Counted from the whole stretch's first letter, positions 28,104 to 38,791 are shown. The stretch: 63,930 nt of DNA, filler included, from 4 parts of 4 records of this genome joined end to end with filler, not necessarily neighbours in it, one strand, 5' to 3'. Notes: generated by a model from the sequence alone, not told the origin. Numbers and translations: made by a program.

Positions 28104-28520
28104 ATGCCCACGGACTGGATGGCAATGAGAGAAAAGAAAAAGCGCGAGTTGTTAACAGAGGTTGAGCTGGAGTTCATGAATGAGCTCTGGGCCTTGGGAG
28201 AAGGGACGGTGCGTGATGTGCTGGACCAGCTGCCAAAGGAACGCAATCTTGCCTATACATCCGCCGCCACCATCCTGCGCATTCTGGAACAAAAGGAATT
28301 CGTCACCAGCCGGAAAGAAGGCAAAAGCCATGTCTATATTCCCGCGCTTGGCAAAGACGCCTACCAGAGCCGCTCACTCAAAGATCTGTCGATGAAGTTG
28401 TTCGATGGAACGCCTGCCTCGCTTGTGGCGCGTTTGGTCAACGATGACGCGCTGACAGACGAAGCATTGGGGCAAATCCGGGCACTTGTGGATCGGAGGT
28501 TGAAAAATGATACCGGGTGA
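28104..28520 (+). CDS. BlaI/MecI/CopY family repressor
   Basis: LTEVELEFMNELW..GTVRDV..LAYTSAATILRILEQK; start may be 28125. Confidence 0.9.
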   Translation: MPTDWMAMREKKKRELLTEVELEFMNELWALGEGTVRDVLDQLPKERNLAYTSAATILRILEQKEFVTSRKEGKSHVYIPALGKDAYQSRSLKDLSMKLFDGTPASLVARLVNDDALTDEALGQIRALVDRRLKNDTG

Positions 28521-28698
28521 TGCAGTTCTCGACGCTTTCATCAACGCCAATATTCTGTTTTGTGTGGCCTATGCGCTTTGGTATGTGACGCGCATTGGGT
28601 TGAATCATCTGGGCCTCCGACACGCCTACCGAACCCAACTGCAACTTCTGAACGGCGCCTTTGTGGCCATTGTTTTTGCGCCCTTTCTTGTTCTTCTG
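28507..28698 (+). CDS. N-terminus of probable BlaR1/M56 family sensor-peptidase, truncated by contig end
   Basis: Hydrophobic N-terminal segments, overlapping the blaI stop; call rests mainly on synteny. Confidence 0.55.
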
Positions 28699-28798
28699 NN
28701 NNNNNNNNNNNNNNNNNNNNNNNNNNNNNNNNNNNNNNNNNNTTAATTAATTAANNNNNNNNNNNNNNNNNNNNNNNNNNNNNNNNNNNNNNNNNNNN
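28699..28798. other. Artificial contig spacer
   Basis: N44-TTAATTAATTAA-N44, with stops in all six frames. Confidence 0.98.
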
Positions 28799-28799
28799 G

Positions 28800-29078
28800 A
28801 TCCTCGTTCTGGACGAAGCGACCTCGGCCCTCGATTCGGAAGTCGAGGCCGCCATCCAGGAGAACCTGCAAGGATTGATGACAGGCAAGACCGTGATCGC
28901 GATCGCACACCGCCTGTCGACCATCGCGGCCATGGACCGACTGATTGTCATGAACAGGGGCCGGATCGTTCAGCAGGGGACACACGAGACGCTCCTGGAA
29001 GATGCAGATGGCCTTTACGCGCAGCTGTGGCACCGCCAGTCCGGCGGATTTCTGGAACCGGAAAGCGAATTCGCCTGA
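28800..29078 (+). CDS. ABC exporter, C-terminal fragment (5'-truncated)
   Basis: [16 protein letters not shown] and [10 protein letters not shown]. Confidence 0.9.
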   Translation: MLVLDEATSALDSEVEAAIQENLQGLMTGKTVIAIAHRLSTIAAMDRLIVMNRGRIVQQGTHETLLEDADGLYAQLWHRQSGGFLEPESEFA

Positions 29079-29182
29079 GTTGAAGTTCGCCGCAGCAGCT
29101 CAGCTCAATTCCTGCTGATCCAGTGCTCTTGCCGAGGCGTAGAACCGACGAAACAAGGCAGTGCAAAACCAGGGGGCCGATC

Positions 29183-29581
29183 TTGAAATACGTCACGGCA
29201 TACATCGCAACAGTGCTGGTTTTTCTTGCCGTGGACTATGTCTGGCTGACGCAGGTATCCACGCGGTTCTACCTTGATCGCATTGGCCATCTGATGATGG
29301 AAAAGCCCAACATTGCCGCCGCGAGTGTTTTCTATCTGGTGTATGTCGTCGGCATAGTGATCTTCGCGGTTGCACCCGCGCTCAAGGCAGACAGCCTCAC
29401 GACCGCCATTGTTTTCGGAGCGTTGTTTGGATTTTTCACCTACGGCACTTACGACGTCACCAACTACGCAACGCTCAGGGAGTGGCCGGTTTCCGTTGTT
29501 CTCGTCGACGTTGCCTGGGGGACGGTCCTCTCCGCGGTTTCGGCCGGTGCGGGCTTCACGATCACCCGGCTGATGTCCTGA
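29183..29581 (+). CDS. DUF2177-like membrane protein
   Basis: DYVWL..., YGTYDVTNYATL..W...VDVAWG; TTG start chosen. Confidence 0.8.
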   Translation: MKYVTAYIATVLVFLAVDYVWLTQVSTRFYLDRIGHLMMEKPNIAAASVFYLVYVVGIVIFAVAPALKADSLTTAIVFGALFGFFTYGTYDVTNYATLREWPVSVVLVDVAWGTVLSAVSAGAGFTITRLMS

Positions 29582-29763
29582 TCCGCTAGACGCGAAACGC
29601 AGCGCACAACAGTCTCGTCAAAATTATCAAGACTACGTAGTTCTCCGAGGACTGGCCGTTACTGAATTTTTACGTGCAGAGCGGTAGTGTTTCATCTTGC
29701 GATAACGGCGCTGATCAACAGCGGCCGTAAGCGGGGCTGAAAAATTACTGTCGGGGTTTCCAC

Positions 29764-31083
29764 GTGACGCTTTCAATCAAGGGCCGGTTCGTCGCCATGG
29801 TTCTGACGGCTGCCGCCATCATGATGGCCGGTACCGCATTTGCTTTCTATACCTTCCGCCAGGCCTTCATGGAAAAGATCGGCACGCCCGCCGGTGCGCA
29901 GGACTTTCTGACGGGCAACGTTGCCGGCAAGATCGACGGGCTTATCCTGGATCAGATGATCACCATCGGTCTGGTCGTGCTGCCGGTCGGTCTGGCCTTT
30001 CTGGCATTTGCCGTCATTCTGGCCGTGGGGCTCGCCCGGCCGATGAACCGGTTGCAGACTGGCCTCGACATGCTGTCCGAAGGCAATCTCGACATCCAGA
30101 TCGACGGTGCCCATCGGAGCGACGAAATCGGAGCCATTGCACGGTCCGTGACCGCTTTCCGGGCCAATCTCGCCGAACGGGCCAAAGAGCAGGCGAGGCA
30201 GGAACTTGCCCACCAGGAAGCCCTCAGCGAAGAGCGCAAGGCGCTGATGCAGGATGTCGCCGATGATTTCGAGAAGTCCGTCATCGGTGTGGTTTCTGCC
30301 TTGTCGACGGCCGCCAAAAGCGTTGAAGGCAATTCGGCGGATCTGAACAGGGCAGTGAACTCGTCCATGCAGGCCGTTCAGGAAGTGCATCAGGCAACAT
30401 CGGAAGCCAGCAGTTCCGTCGCTTTCGTGACGAGTTCGGCAGATCGGCTGTCCGGTTCGCTGAGCCGTGTGCGCGAGGACGTCGACCAGGCAACGGACAT
30501 TGCCAGTACCGCGGTGGCGGAAGCCCGGAAAACCGACGAGATTGTCGGTCGGCTTGCGGAAACGGGCCGTGCCATTGGTGAAATCGTCGAGTTGATCAGC
30601 CAGATCGCAAGCCAGACCAATTTGCTCGCGCTCAATGCGACCATCGAGGCCGCAAGGGCTGGCGAAGCCGGGCGGGGATTTGCCGTCGTTGCGAATGAGG
30701 TCAAGGCCCTTGCCGAGCAGACGACCAGGGCGACCGAAGACATCTCCGCGCAGGTGACGGCGGTGCAGGAAGTCGCGGAGCTTTCCGAAACCGCCATCCG
30801 TTCGATCGCGGAAACCATTGGCCGCGTCAGCGAGATTTCCGGAAAAATCCGCGAAGCGGTCGAGGAACAGACAACGGCCACCCACGAGATCAGCAGCAAT
30901 GCACTGACGGCGCGGACCAGTTCCGATCAGGTGGCCGAAAACGTCGACACCTTGAGCGATGTTATGGAAACCAGCCGGACGGCTACCGATGAAATGAACG
31001 GTGCTGCTGCCGAACTGGGGCAATTGTCAAACAGCCTGCAAGAACAGGTTCGGCAATTTCTGCAAAGCGTGCGGGCTGCCTGA
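29764..31083 (+). CDS. Methyl-accepting chemotaxis protein
   Basis: Two TM segments, HAMP (RSDEIGAI), and signalling hairpin [34 protein letters not shown]. Confidence 0.95.
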   Translation: MTLSIKGRFVAMVLTAAAIMMAGTAFAFYTFRQAFMEKIGTPAGAQDFLTGNVAGKIDGLILDQMITIGLVVLPVGLAFLAFAVILAVGLARPMNRLQTGLDMLSEGNLDIQIDGAHRSDEIGAIARSVTAFRANLAERAKEQARQELAHQEALSEERKALMQDVADDFEKSVIGVVSALSTAAKSVEGNSADLNRAVNSSMQAVQEVHQATSEASSSVAFVTSSADRLSGSLSRVREDVDQATDIASTAVAEARKTDEIVGRLAETGRAIGEIVELISQIASQTNLLALNATIEAARAGEAGRGFAVVANEVKALAEQTTRATEDISAQVTAVQEVAELSETAIRSIAETIGRVSEISGKIREAVEEQTTATHEISSNALTARTSSDQVAENVDTLSDVMETSRTATDEMNGAAAELGQLSNSLQEQVRQFLQSVRAA

Positions 31084-31215
31084 GAGACTGCCGCGGAACG
31101 TCTTGTGTATTGGTATAAATGACAGTAACCCAATAAAATCACTTGCAGTTTAGAGATTGGTTCAGTTTTGCTCCCGTAGAGTAAGCGTAACTAATATCTT
31201 GGCTGAAGACGGAAT

Positions 31216-33078
31216 ATGGCAGAATTCTTAGCGAATGTGCCGGGTCAACATCTCCTGCTCGCATTGGGAACCGCTCTGGTTCTCATGGCCGTATGCTATT
31301 TATGCGGCCGAAAGCAGCGGGACGGCTCGGCTCCTTCCAGCGTTTCCAGATTTGGCAACGATGCCGCAATCCTTCAGCTTGTCGTGGAGCATGCCCATGA
31401 AGGCCTGGTCATGCAGGACATCGACGGGCACATCGAATGGACGAACCCGGCCTATTCCCGCATCACCGGTTTCAGCGCTGAGGAAATTCGCGGCCGGCGG
31501 CCTCAGGAATTCATCTTGCCGCCGGAAAACCAGCTCCCCCCGGACGAGATCGAAAACTTCCGCTACGACCTGACGAAGTTCCGGTCGGGAACTGAAGAGC
31601 TGATCCTCAACCGGCGCAAGAACGGCGAATTGTTCTGGAACCAGCTGACCTTTGCTGTGGTCGAGGGAAAGACGCTGGAAGAAACCAAGATCATTCTGAT
31701 TTGCCGGGATGTAACCAGCCAGGTTGAGCATGTGAAGGAGCTGGAGAATGCGCGCATCCGTTTGAAACATCAGGCGGAGCATGACGACCTGACCGGCGTT
31801 GCCAACCGGGCCAAGCTGAATGCCTACCTGAAGGAGCGCGTTGCGGAGGGTACGGACGGCAGCGCTCAGATCGGAATCATTCATTTTGATCTGGACCACT
31901 TCAAGGACATCAACGACAGCCATGGACACGGAGCAGGCGATACCGTGCTGCGCCATGTGGCCATGGTGATGAGCCGTGTGCTGGGCAACAAGGGGTTGGT
32001 CGCACGTATCGGCGGGGATGAATTCGTTGCGGTGGTCGCGGACCCGTCCGGACCAGGCGAAATGGAAGATCTGGGCAACCGGATCCTTGAGGGACTGGCC
32101 AAGCCTGTGAGAGTGGACCGTCACGAGTTGCGGGTTGCCGGCAGTGTCGGGCTAGTGTTGGCGGAAACGGCGACTGCGAGTGCGTCGGAGCTGATCAATT
32201 GTGCCGATATTGCTCTATATGCCGCCAAGCGCTCGGGCCGTAGCCAGATCTCCTGGTACACGGATGCACTCGGAGCAGCGCATCGCCACCGGCGCATGAT
32301 CCAGGCTCAGCTGGACGAGGATCTTGAAAACGGCGGTCTGTCTTTGATGATGATACCGCAGTACGATCTGGAGAGTCGGCGGATCATCGGATACGAAGTT
32401 ATGGCCTGCTGGCTGCATCCTTCCGAAGGGCTCGTGGACCCGGTCAGTCTTCTGTCGACGCACGAAGACGTCAAGAGAATCGCCCAGATCGAGCGTTTTG
32501 CGCTGCTGGAGGGTCTTTCCCAGGTCAGGCGACTTCGAGAGCTCTCGAATACGGCGTTCTTCCTGTCGGTGAACCTGAGCGGAGCCAGCCTGAAGGAAAA
32601 GGGCTTCGTTGAACAGCTTCGTCAGGCCGCCTGTGAGGCTGGTTTCAAGACCGACGACATCGTGGTGGAGCTGGACGAAAAAATCATCCGTTTCGACGAA
32701 CCGGACGGCCTCGCCGGATCCGTCGACCTTCTGAGGGAAATCGGTTGCAGGGTTGCCCTGGACAAGTTCGGCGGAGGACATGGCGGTGCCGGTCAGCTTA
32801 TCTATCTGAATGCGGATCAATTGAAGCTGTGTCCGATGCTTATTGCAGGGCTTGAGGACAGCAAGGAAAAACGGCAGCTGGTTCAGTCGGTCACCCGGCT
32901 TGCCGGCAATCTGGGGCTGAAGATTTCTGCGGCGGGGGTCGATACGACAAAGCAGGTCGATCTGCTCAAGCAATTCGGCTGCACGACGGTGCAGGGCAAG
33001 GTCATTGCGGATCCGCTATCGCCGCATGAAGCGGAAATTCACATGCGCGAGTTCGAGCTGCTGGAGTATCAGTCCTAA
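31216..33078 (+). CDS. PAS-GGDEF-EAL protein (GGDEF intact, EAL degenerate)
   Basis: PAS (WTNPAYSRITG..NRRKNGELFW), DLDHFKDIND, RIGGDEF; EAL remnants YEVM and LDKFGGG. Confidence 0.9.
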   Translation: MAEFLANVPGQHLLLALGTALVLMAVCYLCGRKQRDGSAPSSVSRFGNDAAILQLVVEHAHEGLVMQDIDGHIEWTNPAYSRITGFSAEEIRGRRPQEFILPPENQLPPDEIENFRYDLTKFRSGTEELILNRRKNGELFWNQLTFAVVEGKTLEETKIILICRDVTSQVEHVKELENARIRLKHQAEHDDLTGVANRAKLNAYLKERVAEGTDGSAQIGIIHFDLDHFKDINDSHGHGAGDTVLRHVAMVMSRVLGNKGLVARIGGDEFVAVVADPSGPGEMEDLGNRILEGLAKPVRVDRHELRVAGSVGLVLAETATASASELINCADIALYAAKRSGRSQISWYTDALGAAHRHRRMIQAQLDEDLENGGLSLMMIPQYDLESRRIIGYEVMACWLHPSEGLVDPVSLLSTHEDVKRIAQIERFALLEGLSQVRRLRELSNTAFFLSVNLSGASLKEKGFVEQLRQAACEAGFKTDDIVVELDEKIIRFDEPDGLAGSVDLLREIGCRVALDKFGGGHGGAGQLIYLNADQLKLCPMLIAGLEDSKEKRQLVQSVTRLAGNLGLKISAAGVDTTKQVDLLKQFGCTTVQGKVIADPLSPHEAEIHMREFELLEYQS

Positions 33079-33268
33079 CCACTTTGCCGTTGGGAGAGGT
33101 TTGCGGGTCTGTGGCCGATGGGCAACAGATCGATATTTCGTGCTGCAAATTGACGCATTTTTGCTTTTCAAGTTCTCCGAAAGCAGGTACCAACATCCCC
33201 AGTCAACTCATGGTGGTTGGCTTTGTTTCCCCAGCAGCCGCCCGGCTGCGCAACCAGGAGGGCACTAA

Positions 33269-33343
33269 ATGACAGATCGTTGCATGATCCACCCATATGC
33301 CGCTCTCCAGGCTTGCCCAGGTATCGCTGTCCGCTTCCGCTAG
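33269..33343 (+). CDS. Candidate 24-aa leader peptide MTDRCMIHPYAALQACPGIAVRFR
   Basis: Strong RBS AGGAGG 7 nt before the ATG; lies in the 5' region of the membrane protein + ABC exporter operon. Confidence 0.5.
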   Translation: MTDRCMIHPYAALQACPGIAVRFR

Positions 33344-33472
33344 GAAGCCACAGACCTTCTTCAAATTCCTGACTTTTGCGGTGACCGGCTGAAGCCGTTC
33401 CCATTGAGCTGCATGTGTTGCCGCGCATGTCTGCCGTCACCACGTTTACGATCCCATTTCGGAGATGATCCG

Positions 33473-33901
33473 ATGTCATTCCATTTCACGCCGGACCTGT
33501 CCCCAGCGACAGGCCGTCCGGATATTGAAGTGTCTTTACCAGAAGAGCCACGACAGGCTTTCCCCCGCCGCGCGATGCGTGCCGCTGTCGCCGCCGGCGT
33601 CTTTCTGGGAACCACTTTTGCGATCGCCGTCGTGTTCTTCATTCCGGTCATCGTCTTCAATCTGAGCCGGATCGAGGCTCTGGAAATCGCCGGCCGACAC
33701 ATACCGGTGACGCAGTTTGCCGATGAACTCGGCGCGCTTTTCTGGGGCACCTTCATCGTGGCTCTCGCCTTTACAAGTTTCATCGCCAGTCTGCTGCTGT
33801 TTGCGACTGGCCGCATAATTCGCCCGCATAGAAAACCTGTGCGCACTGACGATGCCCTGGTGCATCTCAATGTGTTACGGTTGAGCGGGGCCGAGAGGTA
33901 A
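33473..33901 (+). CDS. Hypothetical two-TM membrane protein
   Basis: RBS GGAG; two hydrophobic segments; stop 2 nt before the ABC exporter start. Confidence 0.6.
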   Translation: MSFHFTPDLSPATGRPDIEVSLPEEPRQAFPRRAMRAAVAAGVFLGTTFAIAVVFFIPVIVFNLSRIEALEIAGRHIPVTQFADELGALFWGTFIVALAFTSFIASLLLFATGRIIRPHRKPVRTDDALVHLNVLRLSGAER

Positions 33902-33903
33902 TC

Positions 33904-35742
33904 ATGTTCGAGCGTTTCGAAAAACTCGTGGACCCCTTCGAGAAGACTGTTCTCGAAGTGCCTCCGAAGGGCTTCTGGGCCTTCTGTTGGTACTACACCA
34001 AACCTGTCTGGCCGATCCTGGCCGGTGTGTCGCTTCTCGGCACACTGGTCGCGATCGTGGAAGTCTATATCTTCACGTTCCTCGGCGACCTGGTCACCTG
34101 GCTGGAAAAATCCGATCCGGATACGTTCGTCAGTCAGAACTGGCGCACGCTCCTCTTCATGCTGGTGATCCTGCTGGTGCTGCGCCCGCTGCTGGAGGTT
34201 ATCTGGCAGCTGCTGTTTCACCAGGGGCTGATGGGCAACTATCCCATGTCCATCCGCTGGCGGGTGCATCGATACCTGCTGCGCCAGAGCGTGTCGTTCT
34301 ATCAGAACGATTTCGCGGGCAGGATCGCGACGAAACTGATGCAGACAGCGCTTGGTGTGCGTGAGGTCGTCTCGCGCATGGCCGATATCATGGTCTATGT
34401 CGCGGTCTACTTCACCGCGGCCGTGATCGTGGTCGCGGGAGCCAATATCTGGCTCAGCCTGCCGTTCCTGGTGTGGATCTGTGCCTATCTGCTCACGATC
34501 CGCTTCTTCATTCCGAAGTTGCGGGACGTGTCGAAGGAGCAGGCTGATGCGCGCTCCCTGATGACCGGTCACGTGGTTGATGCCTATACCAACATCACCA
34601 CGGTGAAGCTGTTCTCCCATGCGGAGCGCGAAGAAGCCTATGCTCGCACGTCGATGCTTGGCTTCCTGAAGACGGTCTTCCTGCAGATGCGGCTGGTGAC
34701 GGGACTGAATATCGTCCTGGTGTTCATCAACATGCTGCTGCTGACCTCCATCGGTGGTCTTTCGATCATTCTGTGGAAGGCCGGCACTGTGACCATCGGC
34801 GAAGTCACCATTGCGGTTGCCTTCGTGCTGCGTCTTCAGGGGATGTCCCACTGGATCCTTTGGGAGCTTGCGGGATTGTTCGAGAACATCGGCACCGTGC
34901 AGGATGGTATCTCCACCATTTCGCGGGAACGCGAGGTGATGGACGTCAAGAACGCCAAGGCGCTCGAGGTCGGGCAGGGCGAGATCCGTTTCGATCGCAT
35001 CCGGTTCCATTATGGCAAGGAAGCCGGCGTAATCGAGGACCTCAGCCTGACGATCCATCCGGGTGAGAAGATCGGTCTGATCGGCCGGTCGGGTGCAGGC
35101 AAGTCGACGCTGGTCAACCTGATCCTGCGCTTCTACGACCTGGAGGGCGGCCGGATCCTGATCGATGGCCAGGACATCGCCAATGTCCGTCAGGACGACA
35201 TCCGGGCCGAGGTTGGTGTGGTGACGCAGGATACATCGCTCCTGCATCGGTCGATCTTCGACAACGTGGCCTATGGTCGTCCGGATGCGACGCGGGAAGA
35301 GGTGCTGGCCGCGCTTGAAAAAGCGCATGCGCTGTCCTTTGTCGACGAACTGGAGGACATGGAGGGCCGCAAGGGTCTCGATGCCCATGTCGGCGAGCGG
35401 GGCGTCAAGCTGTCCGGTGGCCAGCGCCAGCGGGTGGCGATTGCCCGAACCCTGCTGAAGGATGCGCCGATCCTGGCGCTCGACGAGGCGACATCCGCTC
35501 TCGACAGTGAAGTCGAGCTCGCCATTCAGGAGAGCCTGTTCGATCTGATGCAGGGCAAGACGGTGATTGCGATTGCCCACCGTCTGTCCACGATCGCGGC
35601 CATGGACCGGCTGATCGTGATGGACAAGGGTCGAATCATCGAGGAGGGGTCCCATCAGGAGCTTCTGGAGCGGGGCGGACTTTACGCACAGCTCTGGGAG
35701 CACCAGTCGGGGGGCTTTCTGTCCTCGGTTCAGGCCGCCTAA
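33904..35742 (+). CDS. ABC exporter, fused permease/ATPase (MdlA/B-like)
   Basis: [28 protein letters not shown] and IAHRLST. Confidence 0.95.
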   Translation: MFERFEKLVDPFEKTVLEVPPKGFWAFCWYYTKPVWPILAGVSLLGTLVAIVEVYIFTFLGDLVTWLEKSDPDTFVSQNWRTLLFMLVILLVLRPLLEVIWQLLFHQGLMGNYPMSIRWRVHRYLLRQSVSFYQNDFAGRIATKLMQTALGVREVVSRMADIMVYVAVYFTAAVIVVAGANIWLSLPFLVWICAYLLTIRFFIPKLRDVSKEQADARSLMTGHVVDAYTNITTVKLFSHAEREEAYARTSMLGFLKTVFLQMRLVTGLNIVLVFINMLLLTSIGGLSIILWKAGTVTIGEVTIAVAFVLRLQGMSHWILWELAGLFENIGTVQDGISTISREREVMDVKNAKALEVGQGEIRFDRIRFHYGKEAGVIEDLSLTIHPGEKIGLIGRSGAGKSTLVNLILRFYDLEGGRILIDGQDIANVRQDDIRAEVGVVTQDTSLLHRSIFDNVAYGRPDATREEVLAALEKAHALSFVDELEDMEGRKGLDAHVGERGVKLSGGQRQRVAIARTLLKDAPILALDEATSALDSEVELAIQESLFDLMQGKTVIAIAHRLSTIAAMDRLIVMDKGRIIEEGSHQELLERGGLYAQLWEHQSGGFLSSVQAA

Positions 35743-35753
35743 ATCCAAAGACC

Positions 35754-35798
35754 AATGGCAAGAGCGGGATTCAATCGGATTCCGCTCTTGCACTCATT
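35754..35798 (+). terminator. Stem-loop after ABC exporter
   Basis: GCAAGAGCGGGATTC...GGATTCCGCTCTTGC inverted repeat. Confidence 0.55.
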
Positions 35799-36048
35799 CC
35801 CCAAAAAAGGGCAGAAAAGCGGCGCGGCGGTTGTTTTGCCTGCGACATATGCGTTTCGAGGCGTTTGTTGAACTGGACAAGCGTTTCGAAGGGTGCAAAA
35901 AGACAAGCCGCTTGGCCGGTGCGGAATAGCCCGTATCCGGCCCCCGATGAGCCCGGCATGGTTCCGTTCCCTTCTTGGGCAAAGAAGGGGTCCCGGACGT
36001 GATGCGGGCTTTCGGTACAGGTTGAACAGGTTTCGAGAGGACGCGACC

Positions 36049-36609
36049 TTGGCACATACGGATCAGGCGGAACCGACCCGCCGCGATTTCCTCTATATTG
36101 CGACCGGCGCCATGGGCGTCGTTGGCGCTGGCGCGCTGGCATGGCCGTTCATCGATCAGATGAACCCGGATGCCTCCGCATTGGCTCTGGCTTCCATCGA
36201 GGTGGATATCTCTGCCGTGGAAGAGGGGCAGTCGATTACAGTCAAATGGCGCGGTAAGCCGGTATTCATCCGCAACCGTACCGAAACGGAAGTGGAAGAA
36301 GCCAAGGCTGTTCCCCTGACTGATCTTCCCGACCCGCTTGCACGAAATTCTAACCTGCCGGCGGACGCGGAAGCGTCTGACGCCAACCGTGGCGTCGAAG
36401 GCAACGAGAAATGGCTCGTCCAGGTCGGTATCTGTACCCACCTCGGCTGCGTGCCGATCGGCAGCTCCGGCGACTTCGGCGGCTGGTTCTGCCCGTGCCA
36501 TGGGTCTCACTACGACACCGCCGGCCGTATCCGTAAGGGCCCGGCTCCCGAGAATTTGCTGATTCCGCCGCTCGAGTTCGTCAGCGACTCGACGATCAAG
36601 ATCGGCTAA
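36049..36609 (+). CDS. petA: Ubiquinol-cytochrome c reductase Rieske Fe-S subunit
   Basis: Tat motif [14 protein letters not shown] and [13 protein letters not shown] start after GAGAGG. Confidence 0.96.
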   Translation: MAHTDQAEPTRRDFLYIATGAMGVVGAGALAWPFIDQMNPDASALALASIEVDISAVEEGQSITVKWRGKPVFIRNRTETEVEEAKAVPLTDLPDPLARNSNLPADAEASDANRGVEGNEKWLVQVGICTHLGCVPIGSSGDFGGWFCPCHGSHYDTAGRIRKGPAPENLLIPPLEFVSDSTIKIG

Positions 36610-36634
36610 CGGCATAGATTTTTAGGAGACAGCC

Positions 36635-37231
36635 ATGGCTGGACATTCAAACTATGTACCGCAGAGCGCTCCGGCAAAGTGGCTGGAAAGCCGCCTGCCG
36701 GTCATCTCGCTCGTTCGCGGCTCTTTTGTTGATTTCCCGACGCCGAAGAACCTGAACTACTGGTGGACCTTCGGTGGCATCCTGTTCTTCGTGCTGATCG
36801 CGCAGATCATCACCGGCATCGTGCTGGTGATGCACTACACGCCAAGCACCGATGCAGCCTTCAACAGCGTCGAGCACATCATGCGCGACGTGAACTTCGG
36901 CTGGATGCTGCGTTACCTGCATGCAAACGGCGCGTCGATGTTCTTCATCGCCGTGTACATCCACATCTTCCGTGGTCTTTATTACGGTTCTTACAAGGCG
37001 CCGCGCGAGATCTCCTGGATCCTCGGCGTGATCATCTTCTTGATCATGATGGGCACCGCCTTCATGGGCTACGTGCTGCCGTGGGGCCAGATGTCCTTCT
37101 GGGGCGCAACGGTTATCACCAACCTGTTCTCGGCCATTCCGCTGGTCGGCGAAGAAATCCGCACCTGGCTGTGGGGTGGTTTTGCGGTCGACAACCCGAC
37201 CCTGAACCGCTTCTTCTCGCTGCACTACCTG
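36635..37231 (+). CDS. petB: Cytochrome b, 3'-truncated
   Basis: [21 protein letters not shown] and [18 protein letters not shown]. Confidence 0.97.
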
Positions 37232-37331
37232 NNNNNNNNNNNNNNNNNNNNNNNNNNNNNNNNNNNNNNNNNNNNTTAATTAATTAANNNNNNNNNNNNN
37301 NNNNNNNNNNNNNNNNNNNNNNNNNNNNNNN
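37232..37331. other. Artificial contig spacer
   Basis: N44-TTAATTAATTAA-N44; sharp GC drop across it. Confidence 0.98.
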
Positions 37332-37696
37332 CAGCTTTAAACAGCTGGCTTTTTTGCGTTTGGAAATATTTATATTTTTAGCTAATCACTCCTTTTAGGA
37401 GATTAGCCTACTATTGGTATCGGTAGACGCCCTCCTCTTGAAATAGTAGGGTTATGAGCAGGCCTAGGTTATATCTCAAAAAATTACAGACAGTTCTTAT
37501 GCTTGAATATTCAGCCAAATTTGTAATTAACTTCAGATGATATTATTGCAATTGAAAATTGTTAAAAATATTAGGGTAAGTTTCACTCTACAATCAGTCC
37601 ACTACAATGATTTGACTACGCAGTGAGGGGGTAGTTCAGAATTTACTATATATTAGTTTTAATGCATGTGCTGAATAAAATTTTAATTAATCTCAT

Positions 37697-38044
37697 ATGT
37701 TTGATCTAAATGGGAATAGGATTTTTATTTGTTTGACTAGTGTTCTAGTTTTTGTTTCATGTGATAATTGCAAATTTCAAAACAGAAGAAATATGAAAGC
37801 ATATTCTGGAGTAGTACTTGAAAAGAATTTTTATAATTGGGATAGAGGTGTGAAAGACATTATTATTGAAAGTGGAAATGGTGATTTAAAGTATTATTTC
37901 CCAACAAGTCCTTTGTATGACGACTTTTGGGATAAAATACTTGTGGGAGATTCAATCAACAAACCATATAACGATTTGAATTTTTCAATTTACAGAAATG
38001 GAGAATTGGTAGAACATATGGACCTATATTTCGATTGTAACTAA
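37697..38044 (+). CDS. Hypothetical AT-rich protein, possible lipoprotein
   Basis: 115-aa ORF with hydrophobic stretch ending LVFVSC. Confidence 0.55.
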   Translation: MFDLNGNRIFICLTSVLVFVSCDNCKFQNRRNMKAYSGVVLEKNFYNWDRGVKDIIIESGNGDLKYYFPTSPLYDDFWDKILVGDSINKPYNDLNFSIYRNGELVEHMDLYFDCN

Positions 38045-38073
38045 TTTGGATTAGGTAGCCGTCTCATTTATTT

Positions 38074-38129
38074 AAAGCCCTATAATTAATGATGTGCCCC
38101 CAAAATCTAGACACTTATTTGGGCATTTT
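38074..38129 (+). repeat. Dispersed ~55-60 bp repeat, copy A (IS3/IS150-end-like)
   Basis: AAAGCCC..ATAATTAATGATGTGCCCCCAAAATCTAGACACTTATTTGGGC aligns with the reverse complement of 43604-43664. Confidence 0.6.
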
Positions 38130-38262
38130 GGTTTTATAGAGGTTTTTTAACTTAAGTAAATATCAATCGCAATAGTAGGAAATTGACAGCATGATGATTT
38201 AAAGAAAGAGATTGATTTTTTTATAAGTCAAGGCAGAGTTCATCCCTGGCTTAATGGGATTT

Positions 38263-38709
38263 CTACCAAATCCTAAACTGTCCGAAGTGATGTTTAAAAT
38301 GTTTGGGATGAAACTTTTCCCACTCTGAATAATTCAATTTTCCAAATCTTGGATGTATGGAGCTGGCGTCAGGGCTTGAATTAAAAAATGTAGTATACCC
38401 AGTTAAGCTCTCAATGAGTTGTTTTTTTGCTTCATCTAAGCTACTATTTCTTAACGGGAGTAATTCCCCTGCCTTCATATTAGGAGCTAAAACACCTCGT
38501 GGAAATTCCATTGTAGAATCTAATAGAGCTCTCTTTTGAAATAACTGTTTTTCACTTGGTTCAAATTCTGGAATCTTTATTCTGCCGTATGATATCTTGA
38601 CTGTAAGCGTAAGATGTTCTACCATATGTTGTGGAGTCATTATCCCGAATTCTGCCTTAGTATTAGCTTCTAAGGCTTTTAATTTGTTCTCTATCGATGT
38701 TATATCCAT
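38263..38709 (-). CDS. DinB/DUF1569-like protein
   Basis: FGIMTPQHMVEHL ... HPRFGKLN..EW..FH.KH..HHF.QF. Confidence 0.75.
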   Translation of the reverse strand: MDITSIENKLKALEANTKAEFGIMTPQHMVEHLTLTVKISYGRIKIPEFEPSEKQLFQKRALLDSTMEFPRGVLAPNMKAGELLPLRNSSLDEAKKQLIESLTGYTTFFNSSPDASSIHPRFGKLNYSEWEKFHPKHFKHHFGQFRIW

Positions 38710-38791
38710 GTATGGGTTCTTTGGGTTATAAGTTATAAAAAAAGCGTGTGAGACTTCAAACGCTTTCTTGGTGATTATTGAACTTTATCTT

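Noticed and set aside
28743-28754. TTAATTAATTAA palindromes (also at 37276 and 57453) and ORFs running through the N runs
   Set aside because: These are assembly linkers, not biological sequence.
29632-29641. ACTACGTAGT palindrome upstream of the MCP
   Set aside because: It is only 10 bp with a single occurrence, so the support is insufficient.
28800-35742. Similar DNA in two ABC exporter 3' ends as a recent duplication
   Set aside because: There are many synonymous differences; these are ordinary paralogues sharing conserved NBD motifs.
33361-35793. 810-aa minus-strand ORF and other long antisense ORFs (e.g. 29773-31023, 18122-19312, 61795-63291)
   Set aside because: They are shadow frames of well-supported genes in GC-rich DNA and show no recognisable motifs.
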